Below, piece by piece: positions 51,978 to 62,713 of a DNA stretch of 64,000 nt. A model generated the notes under the pieces. That model was given only the letters and a program-made list of their open reading frames with translations. It did not search any database and had not been told where the DNA came from. A program made the translations under genes and the position numbers. This stretch comes from Candidatus Eiseniibacteriota bacterium (lineage in GTDB: Bacteria > Eisenbacteria > RBG-16-71-46 > CAVPCR01). Location: positions 1,024,001-1,088,000 of the forward strand of contig CAWGMA010000001.1 in NCBI GenBank assembly GCA_963823555.1. Direction: 5' to 3'. The first letter of the stretch is position 1. Every line of letters begins with the position of its first letter.

Positions 51978-52786
51978 ATGACCGCAGCGAACCCGGACAG
52001 AGAGGCGGAGATGACGACCGTCATCGACTCCACCGCAGTCATCGCCTCGGCGCCCAGCTGGGGGTCGGCGTTCGCGTCGGTCCGTACGCCATCATCGGCG
52101 ACCACGTGGTGGTCGGGGATCGCAGCGTGATCGGTCCCCATGCTGTGCTCGACGGCTGGACGACGATCGGCGAGGAGGCGCGGATCCATGTCGGGGCGGT
52201 GGTCGGCAACGAGCCCCAGGATCTCAAGTTCACGCCGTGCCAGAGCTTCGTGCGGATCGGCAAGCGCAACGTCATCCGGGAGTACGTGACCATCCACCGG
52301 GCGACCGCCGAGGGCGAGACGACCGAGATCGGGGACGACAACCTGCTCATGGCCTACGTGCACGTGGCGCACAATTGCCGGATCGGGAACCACGTCATCC
52401 TGGCCAATGCCGTCAATCTGGCCGGCCATGTCGAGATCGAGGACTTCGCCATCATCGGCGGCGTCACGCCCGTGCACCAGTTCGTGCGCATCGGCCGGCA
52501 CTGCTTCATCGGCGGGGGATCGCGAATCCCCCAGGACATTCCGCCGTTCGTCCGCTGCGCAGGGAATCCGATCCGGGTTGTCGGTTTGAACTCGGTCGGT
52601 CTCGCGCGCCGGGGTTTCAGCCCGGAAGTGGTCGCCGAGCTCAAGCGCGCCTACCGCATCGTCTACCGCCTGGATCTGAACGTGACGCAGGCCATCGAGA
52701 AAGTGCGAGGGGAGCTCGAGCCCTTCCCCGAAGTGTTGGCTTTCATCGAGTTCATCGAGGCGTCGGAGCGCGGGATCACGCGGTAG
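51978..52786 (+). CDS. lpxA: UDP-N-acetylglucosamine O-acyltransferase (apparent frameshift near 52048)
   Basis: EPQDLKF, IREYVTIHR, HVAHNC, LAGHV, VHQF, GLNSVGL. Confidence 0.93.
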
Positions 52787-52861
52787 CGCTCCCGGTGACG
52801 GTCCGGCAGGCGCTCTGTGCGTGGCAGGAAGGGATTCCGCTGCGCGGGGCGGGAGGTGGAG

Positions 52862-53909
52862 ATGAGCAATCGGAGCCTCCGAGTCGGGGTCGTGGGCGTC
52901 GGCCATCTCGGTGCTCATCACGCGCGCCATTATGCCCGCATGCCCGGCGTCGAGCTGGTGGGTGTGACCGACAGCAACCAGGAGCGCGCACGCGCGGTCG
53001 CCGCCGAGGTCGGGGTCCGCGTCTTCGACCTTCCTGCGGCCCTGGCCCGGGAGGTGGATGCCCTCTCGGTCGCGGTTCCCGCCGCCGCTCACGCCGACTG
53101 TGCGATCCCGGTGCTCGAGCAGGGCACCGCCGTGCTCCTCGAGAAACCGATGGCGCCGTCGCTGGCCGAAGCCACCGCGATCCGCGACGCGGCCGCCAGC
53201 GGTCGCGCGCCCCTCATGGTCGGCCATGTCGAGCGCTGGAACGGCGCCTGGCGTCGCGTGGCCGACATGATCCGCTCGACCCCGCTTCATCGAGGGTCAC
53301 CGGCTCTCCTCCTTCGTCGCGCGAGGGCTGGATGTCGATGTCATCTTCGATCTCATGATCCACGATCTCGACCTCGTGCTGTCGATCGCGAGCGCTCCGC
53401 TCAGGCGCGTGGCGGCGGTCGGCGTTCCGGTGCTCACGACGAGCGCGGACATCGCCAATGCGCGCCTGGAGTTCGCCGATGGCCTCGTCGCCAACCTGAC
53501 CGCGAGTCGGGTGTCCCGGGAGAAGATGCGGAAGATCCGCTTGTTCCAGCCCGATGCCTATCTCTCGATCGATTTCGCCGGGCGCAAGGCGGAGGTGGTG
53601 ACGCGCCACGCGGGTGCGGCTCCCATCGAATCCGATGCCGGACCCGCCGCGCTCGCCGCGCTGCTGGCGAGCCTCGAGCACCGATCGATCGACGCCAAGG
53701 ACGAGCCCGAGCCGTTGCTCGCCGAGATCGCGGCCTTCGTCGCCGCGGTGCGCGAGGGACGGGAGCCGTCGCCGTCCGCGGCCGAGGGTCTCCGTGCTGT
53801 CGAACTGGCCACTCAGGTGGCCGAGAGCATGGCCGCCGGGATGGCGGTGGCCTCGAGCGCGGCATCACGTGCGCCGGCGGCGCGTGATGCCGCGACCCCG
53901 GGCGCGTGA
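52862..53909 (+). CDS. Gfo/Idh/MocA oxidoreductase, GnnA-like (apparent frameshift near 53285)
   Basis: GVGHLGAHHAR, LLEKP, VGHVER, DLMIHDLD, NARLEF, TASRVS; lies between lpxA and lpxB. Confidence 0.8.
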
Positions 53910-55162
53910 GCCTCATGTCCGGCTCCGGTGCTCCCGGTCCCATCATCCTGTGGTCGGCAGGGGAGGCCTCCGGCGATCGCCATGCGGCCCATGTGATGCG
54001 CGAGATCCACGCCCGGCGGCCCGAGGTGCGCGCCATCGGCCTCGGCGGGCCGGAGATGGTCAAGGCCGGGATCGAACTCGTGGCGGGCATGGAGGAAGTA
54101 GCCGTGGTCGGGCTCGTCGAGGTGCTGGCGCGGTGGCGTGATCTCCTGCGCGTGCGTCGCCGCCTCATCGGCCGCCTCTCCGGCCGCCCCCATGGCGAGC
54201 ATCCGGCGCTGTTCATCCCCGTCGACTATCCCGGGCTCAATCTCCTGCTTGCGCGTCGCGCCCACGCGCTCGGGGTGCCGGTCGTCTACTTCGTGAGCCC
54301 GCAGCTATGGGCCTGGGGCATGGGCCGGCTCGACACGATCCGGCGTACCGTGCGGCGCATGCTCGTATTCTTCGATTTCGAGGTCGATCTCTACCGGAAT
54401 GCCGGCGTTCCGGTCACCCTCATCGGTCATCCCTTGATCGAGCAGGTGGTCACGGTCCCCGAGCGTGCGGTCGCGCGCCGCTCGTTCGGACTCGAAGATG
54501 GCGATCTGGCTCTCGTCCTGATGCCGGGGAGCCGGGCGGGCGAGGTGAGAACCCACCTGCCGCGGCTCCTGGCGGTGGTCCGAGCCCTGCGCCGGGACTT
54601 CCCCGCGCTCCGTGTCTTCCTGCGCGTCGCCCCCGGGCTGGATCCGGAGCTCCTCACCGCCACCGTGACCCGCTCCCAGGTGCCGGTCGAGATCGTCGCC
54701 GACGGGGACGCGGCGGTGGTCCGGGCCGCGGACCTGGCGCTCGTCGCCGCCGGCACCGCCACCCTGGAGACGGCGTTGCTCGAGACACCCATGCTCATCG
54801 TCTACCGCGTGACGCGGCTCACGTACTGGATCGCGCGCCGCCTGGTCCGCATCTCATCGATCGGTCTCGTCAACGTCGTTGCCGGCCGGACGATCGCGCC
54901 CGAGTTCGTTCAGGATGCCTTCTCGACGCCGGCGGTGGCGGCGGCGGCGAGTCGACTGCTCGGGGATCCGGCGGCGCGGGAGGCGCAGCGGGCCGAGCTG
55001 CGTGCGCTGCGCCCGCGGCTCGGTGGTCCGGGAGCGGCGGAGCGCGCCGCCGAGGCGATTCTCGCCGAGCTCGACCGTGCCGCGAGCGAGCGACCCGACG
55101 GCGCTGCCCGCCGTGGAGAGCCCAGGGCTGTGGGCCACGAAGAGCCCCATCCAGCGTCATGA
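53906..55162 (+). CDS. lpxB: lipid-A-disaccharide synthase
   Basis: AGEASGD, DYPGLN, SPQLWAW, GHPL, PGSR, GTATLE. Confidence 0.95.
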   Translation: MSLMSGSGAPGPIILWSAGEASGDRHAAHVMREIHARRPEVRAIGLGGPEMVKAGIELVAGMEEVAVVGLVEVLARWRDLLRVRRRLIGRLSGRPHGEHPALFIPVDYPGLNLLLARRAHALGVPVVYFVSPQLWAWGMGRLDTIRRTVRRMLVFFDFEVDLYRNAGVPVTLIGHPLIEQVVTVPERAVARRSFGLEDGDLALVLMPGSRAGEVRTHLPRLLAVVRALRRDFPALRVFLRVAPGLDPELLTATVTRSQVPVEIVADGDAAVVRAADLALVAAGTATLETALLETPMLIVYRVTRLTYWIARRLVRISSIGLVNVVAGRTIAPEFVQDAFSTPAVAAAASRLLGDPAAREAQRAELRALRPRLGGPGAAERAAEAILAELDRAASERPDGAARRGEPRAVGHEEPHPAS

Positions 55163-56544
55163 CCCGACCGTCCGCAACCGCTCCGTCTCGCTCCCAGGTC
55201 CTGGATCTGGCCTATCGCGCGCTGGCCAGCGTGGCCTTCGCCGGTCTCAAGGGACACCGGCGTTACCGGCGGGACGCGGCCATGGGCCGCGAGCGAGCGG
55301 GATACCTGGAGCCGGCGTCGGCCTATCGCGCGGCGCCAGCACGGATCTGGCTCCACGGATCCTCGGTGGGTGAAATCAGCGCCTTGCCGCCGATTCTTGC
55401 GGAGCTCCGGCGCGCTCGCCCCGAGCTGGGGATCGCCCTCACCGCTTTCACCGATACCGGGCTCGATGCCGCGCGGCGGCTGGTCGGCGCCGGTCAGGCC
55501 TTCGCCCTGCCCGCCGATCTCCCCGGCCCTCTCGCCCGCGCTTTCGGGGCCCTGGCCCCGGACGCGCTGATCCTGACCGAGACCGAGCTGTGGCCGGGCC
55601 TGCTTCACGCCGCTGCCCGTAACGGGGTTCCGGTGGCGGTGGTGAACGGCCGGCTCAGGGAGAGCGGGTTCCGGCGCTACGCCGTCCTGAAGCCGCTCCT
55701 CAGGGAGTCGCTCGGCCGTCTGGTCGCGGTGGCCGCCCAGAGTGCCGGAGACGCCGAACGCTTCGCCCTGCTGGGCGTCCCCCACGCGGCCATTCAAGCG
55801 TGTGGATCGAGCAAGATCGACGCCCAGCCCTGGGATGTCTCGGCGCCGGCGCCGGCGCCGATCAGCGGGCGGCCGGTGGTGGTCGCGGGGTCGACTCGCG
55901 AGGGGGACGAGGAGATCGTGCTCGCGGCCATGGCCGCGCTGGCGAGCCCGGTGTCGCCGCTTCTCGTCCTGGCTCCACGACATCTGCCGCGGCTCGAGCG
56001 CGTGGAGACCCTGGTCCTCCGCCGTGGCCTCAAGGTGGCGCGCCGCGGCGCGCACCCCGGGTCGCTCGCGGAGGCAGCAGCAACCGCCGCCGCGAACGGC
56101 GTCGACGTGTTGCTTCTCGACACGCTCGGCGAGCTGGCAGCGGCCTACACGCTCTCCTGGGTGGCGATCGTCGGCGGCGGCTTCAAGGGGGATGGTGGGC
56201 ACAATCTCCTCGAGCCGGCTGTTCGGGCTCGTGCCGTGGTCTTCGGACCGCGCCAGCAGTCGACGGCGGGGGAGGTGGACCTGCTGGTCGCGGGGGGTGG
56301 GGGCATGATCTGCGCCAATGCGCAAGAAGTGGCGGCCGCCGTCAGACCCCTGGTGGTGGACGAGGAGGAGGCCCGGGCTCGAGGCATACGGGCACGAGCC
56401 GCCGTCGAGGCGGCCCGGGGAGCGGCTCGACGGGCCGTCGACCTGGTGCTCGAGCGCCTCGGGCCCGCTCTCGATCCCGCCCGCGGCGCCGCGCCGGACG
56501 CTGCTCTCGATCCCGCCCGCGGCCGCGGGCGGAGATCGCCATGA
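55159..56544 (+). CDS. waaA: Kdo transferase
   Basis: WLHGSSVGE, ETELWP, AGSTREG, APRH, DTLGEL, GGHNLLEPA. Confidence 0.92.
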   Translation: MTRPSATAPSRSQVLDLAYRALASVAFAGLKGHRRYRRDAAMGRERAGYLEPASAYRAAPARIWLHGSSVGEISALPPILAELRRARPELGIALTAFTDTGLDAARRLVGAGQAFALPADLPGPLARAFGALAPDALILTETELWPGLLHAAARNGVPVAVVNGRLRESGFRRYAVLKPLLRESLGRLVAVAAQSAGDAERFALLGVPHAAIQACGSSKIDAQPWDVSAPAPAPISGRPVVVAGSTREGDEEIVLAAMAALASPVSPLLVLAPRHLPRLERVETLVLRRGLKVARRGAHPGSLAEAAATAAANGVDVLLLDTLGELAAAYTLSWVAIVGGGFKGDGGHNLLEPAVRARAVVFGPRQQSTAGEVDLLVAGGGGMICANAQEVAAAVRPLVVDEEEARARGIRARAAVEAARGAARRAVDLVLERLGPALDPARGAAPDAALDPARGRGRRSP

Positions 56545-57599
56545 GCGCCGCCCTGGCGCTCCCCGCTCTCATCTATGGCGGGCTCGTCGCCGGTCGCAAT
56601 CGCCTATACGATGCGGGACTCCTGCCGCGCGCTCGCGCGCCGCGGCCGACGGTGTCGATCGGCAACCTGACCGTCGGGGGCAGCGGCAAGACACCGCTCG
56701 TTCTCCACATCGCGACGCGCCTCACCGGCGACGCGGTTCCGGTAGCGGTCCTCACCCGCGGCTACGGCCGCCGGTCGACGGCGCCCCTCGTCGTGGCAGC
56801 CGGAGAACCGCTGCCCTCGGCCGCGATCATCGGGGATGAGCCCTGGCTTCTCCGCCGGAGTATCCCGTCCCTGGCTCTCGGTATCGGGGCCGATCGCCTG
56901 AGATCGGCGTCATCGCTCGCGCCCGCACTGGGCGCGGGCGTCTTTCTTCTCGACGATGGCTTCCAGCACCGCCGCCTGCAGCGCGATCTCGACCTGGTCG
57001 TCGTGGCGGCTGGGGAGCCACTCGCGAAAGGCAAGCTGCTTCCGTGGGGCAGGCTGCGCGAGAGCCCGCGCGGTCTCGCGCGTGCCCACCGGGTGGTGAT
57101 CGTGGCCGCGCCCGGCAACGAAGGCGACGTCGAATCGACACGGGCCGAGGTCTCGCGCCTTGCCCCGGCGCTCCCGGTGGCGACAGCGCGGGTCACGATT
57201 CGGGGCGTGCGGCCGTTCGCCGCCCGCCCCGGGGACCTGGAGCCCATGACCGCCCTGTCGGGACCGCTCGCGCTCGCCGCGAGCATCGCTCGCCCCGGGC
57301 GCGTGGCTCGCGGTCTCGAGGCGCTGGGACAGACCATCGCTGGCGTCGTGACCTTTCACGATCATCATGGCTACACGGATCGCGATCTCCCGGCCCTCGC
57401 AGAGACCGCGAGCACGGCCCCGTGCCTCGTGACCACGGAGAAGGATGAGGGCCGGCTCCTGGCCGCCTTCGGTTCCGCTCTGCCATCGCGTCTCGAGCGC
57501 CCGATCTGGGTCCTGGTGACCGAGCTCGAGTTCCAGGCTGGAGGCGAGGAGCTCTACCAGGCCGTCCTGGCCGCTCGGGATCGGCAAAGCGGTGAATGA
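56541..57599 (+). CDS. lpxK: tetraacyldisaccharide 4'-kinase
   Basis: GNLTVGGSGKTP, RGYG, GDEP, LDDGFQH, GRLRE, DHH, TTEKD. Confidence 0.95.
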   Translation: MSAALALPALIYGGLVAGRNRLYDAGLLPRARAPRPTVSIGNLTVGGSGKTPLVLHIATRLTGDAVPVAVLTRGYGRRSTAPLVVAAGEPLPSAAIIGDEPWLLRRSIPSLALGIGADRLRSASSLAPALGAGVFLLDDGFQHRRLQRDLDLVVVAAGEPLAKGKLLPWGRLRESPRGLARAHRVVIVAAPGNEGDVESTRAEVSRLAPALPVATARVTIRGVRPFAARPGDLEPMTALSGPLALAASIARPGRVARGLEALGQTIAGVVTFHDHHGYTDRDLPALAETASTAPCLVTTEKDEGRLLAAFGSALPSRLERPIWVLVTELEFQAGGEELYQAVLAARDRQSGE

Positions 57600-57724
57600 G
57601 CTATGCTCGCGGCCGGCGCAGGTCTCTGGGAAGGCCGGATCCAGGCCAGCCAGGGAGCGCCGGAATTGATCTCCAGGAAGTGGCTTCGCGGGTCGGCTTC
57701 GAGCGATTTCGAGGGGCGGGACGG

Positions 57725-59413
57725 ATGAAGCACACGAGTTCGGCAGACGTTCTCATCATCGGTTCGGGCATCGCCGGCCTGACCCTGGCGCTCAAGTGCG
57801 CTGAGAGCGCCACCGTCGCCGTGATCACGAAGAAGGAAGACAGCGAGTCCAACACCAACTATGCCCAGGGGGGGCTCGCCGCGGTCATGGGGTCCAACGA
57901 CCGCTTCGACCTCCATGTGCGCGATACCCTCCGCGCCGGAGTCGGGCTCTGCCATCCCAAGGCCGTCGAGCTCATCGTCAAGAGCGGGCCGGCGCGGGTC
58001 CGCGAGCTCCTGCGGCTGGGCGTGCGTTTCAGCCGTGCCGAGGGAGAGCTCGAGCTCGGGCGCGAGGGCGGACACTCGCGGCGGCGCATCGTGCACGCGG
58101 CCGACATGACCGGCCGGGAGATCGAACGGGCGCTCCTCGCCGCCGTCGCCGCACACCCGAACATCGCGGTTCACGAGCACCACATGGCCGTGGACCTGAT
58201 TCTCGGCTCGCGCCTCGGTCTGGGTCCCAGCGAGCGGTGCTGGGGAGCCTACGTCATGGAGACCCGCACCGGGGCCATCAACCCGTTGACGGCCCCGGTG
58301 ACGGTCCTGGCCTCGGGCGGATCGGGACGCGTCTATCTCTATACATCCAATCCCGACATCGCGACGGGTGATGGCGTGGCCATCGCGCACCGTGCCGGCG
58401 CGGTCATCGGGAACCTCGAGTTCGTTCAGTTTCACCCGACCTGTCTCTATGACCCGCGAGCGCGCTCCTTCCTGATCTCGGAAGCGGTGCGGGGAGAGGG
58501 CGGGATCCTGCGCACGCTCAATGGGGAGCGGTTCATGCCGGGCATGCACCCGATGGCCGAGCTCGCGCCCCGGGATGTGGTGGCGCGGGCCATCGATGGG
58601 GAGATGAAGCGGCTTGGGGATGCCCATGTCTACCTGGACGTCACCCATCTCGATCCGTCGCGCGTGCGCTCGCGCTTCCCGATGATCGACTCCAAGCTCC
58701 AGGAGCTTGGCCTCGACATGACCAGGGAACCGATTCCGGTGGTTCCCGCAGCGCACTACCAGTGCGGCGGCGTGGTCACCGATCTCGGTGCTCGCACGTC
58801 CATCCCCGGTCTCCTCGCGGTGGGGGAGGTGGCGATGACCGGGGTTCATGGCGCCAACCGACTCGCCTCGAACTCGCTCCTCGAGGCCGTGGTCTTCGCG
58901 CATCGCGGGGCGCTCTCGGCCCGGGCCGTGATCCGCCGTCGCGAGCGGCACCCGCGGGCTGCCCCGTGGGAGCCGGGCAAGGCGGGCCGCCCGCGCGAGG
59001 CGGTTACCTTCGATCACGACTGGGACGAGGTGAGGCGCCTGATGTGGGACTTCGTCGGCATCGTGCGGAGCGACGAGCGACTCCGTCGCGCCGGCCAGCA
59101 TATCGCGATCCTGCGCGAGGAGATCGAGGCCAGCTACCGGGACTACGTCCTCGATGCCGACCTGGTGGAGCTTCGGAACATCGGCCTCCTGGCCGAGCTC
59201 ATCATTCAATCGGCGGCTCGCCGCACCGAGTCCCGGGGGCTGCACTGGAACCGCGATCACCCCCGGCGCGATGATCGCAGGTGGCGTCTGGACACCCTGC
59301 TCCTGGGGCACACCTTCCTCGTGTCCCCCCCGCTGGCCGTGGGGAGCCAGGGCTCCTCCCGACGCCCGGCGGCGTCCCGGAGCCCCAGAGCAAGACGCCG
59401 CCGGACAGGGTAG
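57725..59413 (+). CDS. nadB: L-aspartate oxidase
   Basis: GSGIAG, AQGG, EGGHSRRRIVH, QFHPT, ELAPRDVV, PAAHY, HGANRLASNSLLE. Confidence 0.95.
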   Translation: MKHTSSADVLIIGSGIAGLTLALKCAESATVAVITKKEDSESNTNYAQGGLAAVMGSNDRFDLHVRDTLRAGVGLCHPKAVELIVKSGPARVRELLRLGVRFSRAEGELELGREGGHSRRRIVHAADMTGREIERALLAAVAAHPNIAVHEHHMAVDLILGSRLGLGPSERCWGAYVMETRTGAINPLTAPVTVLASGGSGRVYLYTSNPDIATGDGVAIAHRAGAVIGNLEFVQFHPTCLYDPRARSFLISEAVRGEGGILRTLNGERFMPGMHPMAELAPRDVVARAIDGEMKRLGDAHVYLDVTHLDPSRVRSRFPMIDSKLQELGLDMTREPIPVVPAAHYQCGGVVTDLGARTSIPGLLAVGEVAMTGVHGANRLASNSLLEAVVFAHRGALSARAVIRRRERHPRAAPWEPGKAGRPREAVTFDHDWDEVRRLMWDFVGIVRSDERLRRAGQHIAILREEIEASYRDYVLDADLVELRNIGLLAELIIQSAARRTESRGLHWNRDHPRRDDRRWRLDTLLLGHTFLVSPPLAVGSQGSSRRPAASRSPRARRRRTG

Positions 59414-59469
59414 GATATGGGTAGGCCAGTGCGGGACGCGATCCGGTTGGCCCAAGGGAGGATGGATCG

Positions 59470-60327
59470 ATGCCGATCAGGGGAGACCGATTGGAGCCGG
59501 GACCGCGCACGGTGCGGCGCCCGGCGGTTGCCGGCATGTTCTATCCGGGGGAGCGCGATCGCCTCGAGCACGACGTGGACGCGATGCTGGGCGAGTCCGG
59601 GTCGGCTCACCTGGGCGGGCGCGTGCTGGCTCTGGTGGAACCGCATGCCGGATATCCGTATTCCGGGGCCGTGGCGGCGGCCGGCTATCGGGAGCTCGAC
59701 CCCGACGCGATCGATCGCGTGTTCCTCGTCGGCCCCAGTCACCGAGCGGCTTTTGCCGGGGTGGCCCTGTGGGACGGGGAGGCTTTCGCCACTCCTCTCG
59801 GCAACGTGCCTGTCGATCGCGAGTCCGTGCATGCCTTGACTCGCGAGTCACCGCATATCTTCGTGCGCAACGCCGTGCACGAGGATGAGCATGCCCTGGA
59901 AGTGCAGCTTCCGTTCTTGCAGCGCCGGCTCGAATCCTTCCGGCTGGTGCCGATGGTGATGGGTCGGCAGGACCGGGCGACGGCCTTCGAGCTGGGCCGA
60001 GCGCTAGCCCAGGTGGCGGCGCGCACGCCGCGGAGCCTCCTCGTCGCCAGCTCGGATCTCTCCCATTATCATCCCTACGAGGAGGCCGTGATGCTCGACC
60101 GCGGGGCGCTCGAACGGATCTCGGCCTTCGATCCCGATGGGCTCCTGGCAGGTCTCACGGCCGGCCAGTTCGAGGCCTGCGGTGGCGGCCCGATCGCGGC
60201 CGTCTTGACCGCAGCCCGCGCTCTGGGTGGACGACAGGTCCATGTCCTCGCCTATCGGAACTCGGGCGATGTGACGGGGGATCGTCTGCAGGTGGTCGGC
60301 TATCCGGCATGCGCCGTCACGGCGTGA
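59470..60327 (+). CDS. amrB: AmmeMemoRadiSam system protein B (MEMO1 family)
   Basis: RRPAVAGMFYP, PHAGYPYSG, GPSH, EHALEVQLPFLQ, ASSDLSHY, VVGY. Confidence 0.92.
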   Translation: MPIRGDRLEPGPRTVRRPAVAGMFYPGERDRLEHDVDAMLGESGSAHLGGRVLALVEPHAGYPYSGAVAAAGYRELDPDAIDRVFLVGPSHRAAFAGVALWDGEAFATPLGNVPVDRESVHALTRESPHIFVRNAVHEDEHALEVQLPFLQRRLESFRLVPMVMGRQDRATAFELGRALAQVAARTPRSLLVASSDLSHYHPYEEAVMLDRGALERISAFDPDGLLAGLTAGQFEACGGGPIAAVLTAARALGGRQVHVLAYRNSGDVTGDRLQVVGYPACAVTA

Positions 60328-60360
60328 ACGGTATCCGTCCCGGGCACCACTTGACGCGCC

Positions 60361-60729
60361 ATGGATCTTGACCACGAGAAGACACTGAAAGTCGACGTGA
60401 TCCTGGAACGGGACTCGCGCTACCGCGCCGAGGCCTACGAGTTCGTGCTGGCCGCGCTCGGGCACACGCTCGAGCGTCACGGCCGGCAAGGCCACGTCAC
60501 CGCATCCGAGCTCATGGCGGGCATCCGCGAGTTCGGACTCGAGCAGTTCGGGCCGTTGACCAAGACCGTGTTCAATCACTGGGGCATTCGCCAGGCCAGC
60601 CAGTTCGGCGACATCGTCTTCAATCTGATCGACGTCGATCTCCTGGGCAAGCGTTCCGAGGACCGGCGGGAGGACTTCGACGCTGCCAGCTTTGACCTGG
60701 ACACCCTCGCTCCCGGTCGGGGCCCATGA
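60361..60729 (+). CDS. small conserved protein (Minf_1886-like family)
   Basis: DSRY..EAYEFV, HV...EL, FG.....VFNHWG, FGDIVFNL, DRREDF. Confidence 0.75.
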   Translation: MDLDHEKTLKVDVILERDSRYRAEAYEFVLAALGHTLERHGRQGHVTASELMAGIREFGLEQFGPLTKTVFNHWGIRQASQFGDIVFNLIDVDLLGKRSEDRREDFDAASFDLDTLAPGRGP

Positions 60730-60787
60730 CCGCGTACCCGGCAGACTCCCGCGGCACGGCGCCACCCGCCGCCAGGCGCCCAGAGCG

Positions 60788-62713
60788 ATGAATCCCTATT
60801 TCACGATCCTCACCACGCTCAGGCCCTATACGCGCCTCGTCGTCATGACGATGGTCGCGAGCGCCGTCTATGCCCTGCTTTCCGGTATCTCGGTGGGCAT
60901 GATCTCGCCGCTCTCTCGCACCCTGTTCGCCTCGCCGGAGTCGGGAGTGAGCCTGAGCGCGCCGGCAAGGGCCGGCGCGCCTGCGACCGCGCCATCGACC
61001 TCGGCCCTGCCACCGTCTCCGACCGCGCGGCTCACGGATCGATTGACGAGCGCCGGCCCGATCCCTGAGCTCAAGAGCCGGATCGAGTCCTTCCTCTTCA
61101 TCGAGCCTCCGGCCGCCGCCCTGCGCCGGGTGTGCGCGGTGATCCTCCTCATCTTCCTCCTCAAGGGAATAGCCGGTTATATCGAGCAGGTTTCCTTGAA
61201 TCGTATCGAGCAGGCGGTCGTGCGCGATCTCAGGGTCCGGTTGTTCACCCATCTGAACACCCTGTCGCTCGACTTCTTTCATCGCCGTCGCGCCGGAACC
61301 CTGATCTCGCGCATCATGAACGACGTCGGGCTCGTGCGCGGCGCGTTGACCGCCGGCGTGTTCATCTCGGTGCGCGAGGGACTCACGCTTCTGGCCTGCC
61401 TGTTCTGGGTGTTCTGGGTCTCGGTGCCGCTGGCCCTGGTCTCCTTGATCGTGGTGCCGCCGAGCGCGCTCCTCATCGTTGCCCTCGGCCGCAAGCTCCG
61501 GCGCTCGAGCCGCCGCGCCCAGGAACGGATGGCCGATCTGACCGCCATCCTGCAGGAGGCCATTTCCGGGATGCGCGTGGTGAAGGCCTTCGCCATGGAG
61601 CGCTTCGAGGTGGAGCGCTTTCGCCAGGCGGCTGATCGCACCTATCGCGCCTTCGTTCGCCTGCGCCGCTACTTTGCGCTGTCGAGCCCGCTCTCGGAGC
61701 TCCTCGGCGCCGGGGCCGCGGTGATCGTGCTCTTCTATGGCGGTCACCTCATCCTCACCGCGCGCACGCTCACGCCCGAGCGCTTCCTGCTCTTCCTGGT
61801 CGCCATGCTGACGATGATCCGGCCGCTCAGACGGATCGCCTCGCTCAACGCCGATATCCAGGATGGCCTCGCGGCGAGCGAACGGATCACCGAGGTCCTC
61901 GCCATCGCGCCCAGCGTCAGCGAGCGCCCGGGGGCCTTGCCGGTGCGCGGGTTCGCCGAGGCGATCCGCTTCGAGGGCGTCGAGTTCGCCTACGAGCCGG
62001 GGCGGCTCGTCCTCGCCGGGATCGATCTCACCGTCCGTGCCGGGGAGGTGGTGGCGCTCGTCGGTCCTTCCGGGGCGGGCAAGTCGACGCTCGTCGATCT
62101 CGTGCCCCGCTTCTACGACCCGACCCAGGGGCGCATCACGCTCGACGGGGCCGATCTGCGCGACCTCAAGCTCCCGGATCTGCGCCGCCAGATCGGGCTC
62201 GTCACGCAGGAGGTCATCCTGTTCAATGACACCGTGCGCGCCAACATCGCCTACGGTGACGAATCGATCTCGGATGAGGCGATCCACGATGCGGCGCGAG
62301 CGGCCCATGCCGCCGAGTTCATCGACTCGATGCCCCAGGGGTACGCGACCGAGATCGGCGACCGGGGTGTGCGGCTATCAGGCGGCCAGCGGCAGCGGCT
62401 GGCCATCGCCCGGGCCATTCTCAAGAACCCGCCGATCCTGATCCTCGACGAGGCGACCTCCGCGCTCGACACCGAATCGGAGCGGCTCGTGCAGGCGGCC
62501 CTCGCCCGGCTGATGGCCGGACGCACCGTGCTCGTCGTGGCCCACCGCCTGTCCACCGTGCGCCACGCCGATCGCATCGTCGTTCTCGATCGCGGCCAGA
62601 TCGTGGAGCAGGGCAAGCATCACGAGCTTCTGGAAAGGAACGGCCTCTACACCCGGCTCCATGCCGAGGAGAAGGAAGTGAGTGCCGCCCATCTCGGTGG
62701 GGGCGTGTCGTGA
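60788..62713 (+). CDS. msbA: MsbA-like ABC exporter
   Basis: TM domain plus GPSGAGKST, LSGGQRQR, LDEATSALD, AHRLST; LPS gene context. Confidence 0.85.
   Translation: MNPYFTILTTLRPYTRLVVMTMVASAVYALLSGISVGMISPLSRTLFASPESGVSLSAPARAGAPATAPSTSALPPSPTARLTDRLTSAGPIPELKSRIESFLFIEPPAAALRRVCAVILLIFLLKGIAGYIEQVSLNRIEQAVVRDLRVRLFTHLNTLSLDFFHRRRAGTLISRIMNDVGLVRGALTAGVFISVREGLTLLACLFWVFWVSVPLALVSLIVVPPSALLIVALGRKLRRSSRRAQERMADLTAILQEAISGMRVVKAFAMERFEVERFRQAADRTYRAFVRLRRYFALSSPLSELLGAGAAVIVLFYGGHLILTARTLTPERFLLFLVAMLTMIRPLRRIASLNADIQDGLAASERITEVLAIAPSVSERPGALPVRGFAEAIRFEGVEFAYEPGRLVLAGIDLTVRAGEVVALVGPSGAGKSTLVDLVPRFYDPTQGRITLDGADLRDLKLPDLRRQIGLVTQEVILFNDTVRANIAYGDESISDEAIHDAARAAHAAEFIDSMPQGYATEIGDRGVRLSGGQRQRLAIARAILKNPPILILDEATSALDTESERLVQAALARLMAGRTVLVVAHRLSTVRHADRIVVLDRGQIVEQGKHHELLERNGLYTRLHAEEKEVSAAHLGGGVS

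Noticed and set aside
56467..56523. 21-nt direct repeat GCTCTCGATCCCGCCCGCGGC (ALDPARG twice)
   Set aside because: A small in-frame duplication in the non-conserved waaA tail with no sign of function
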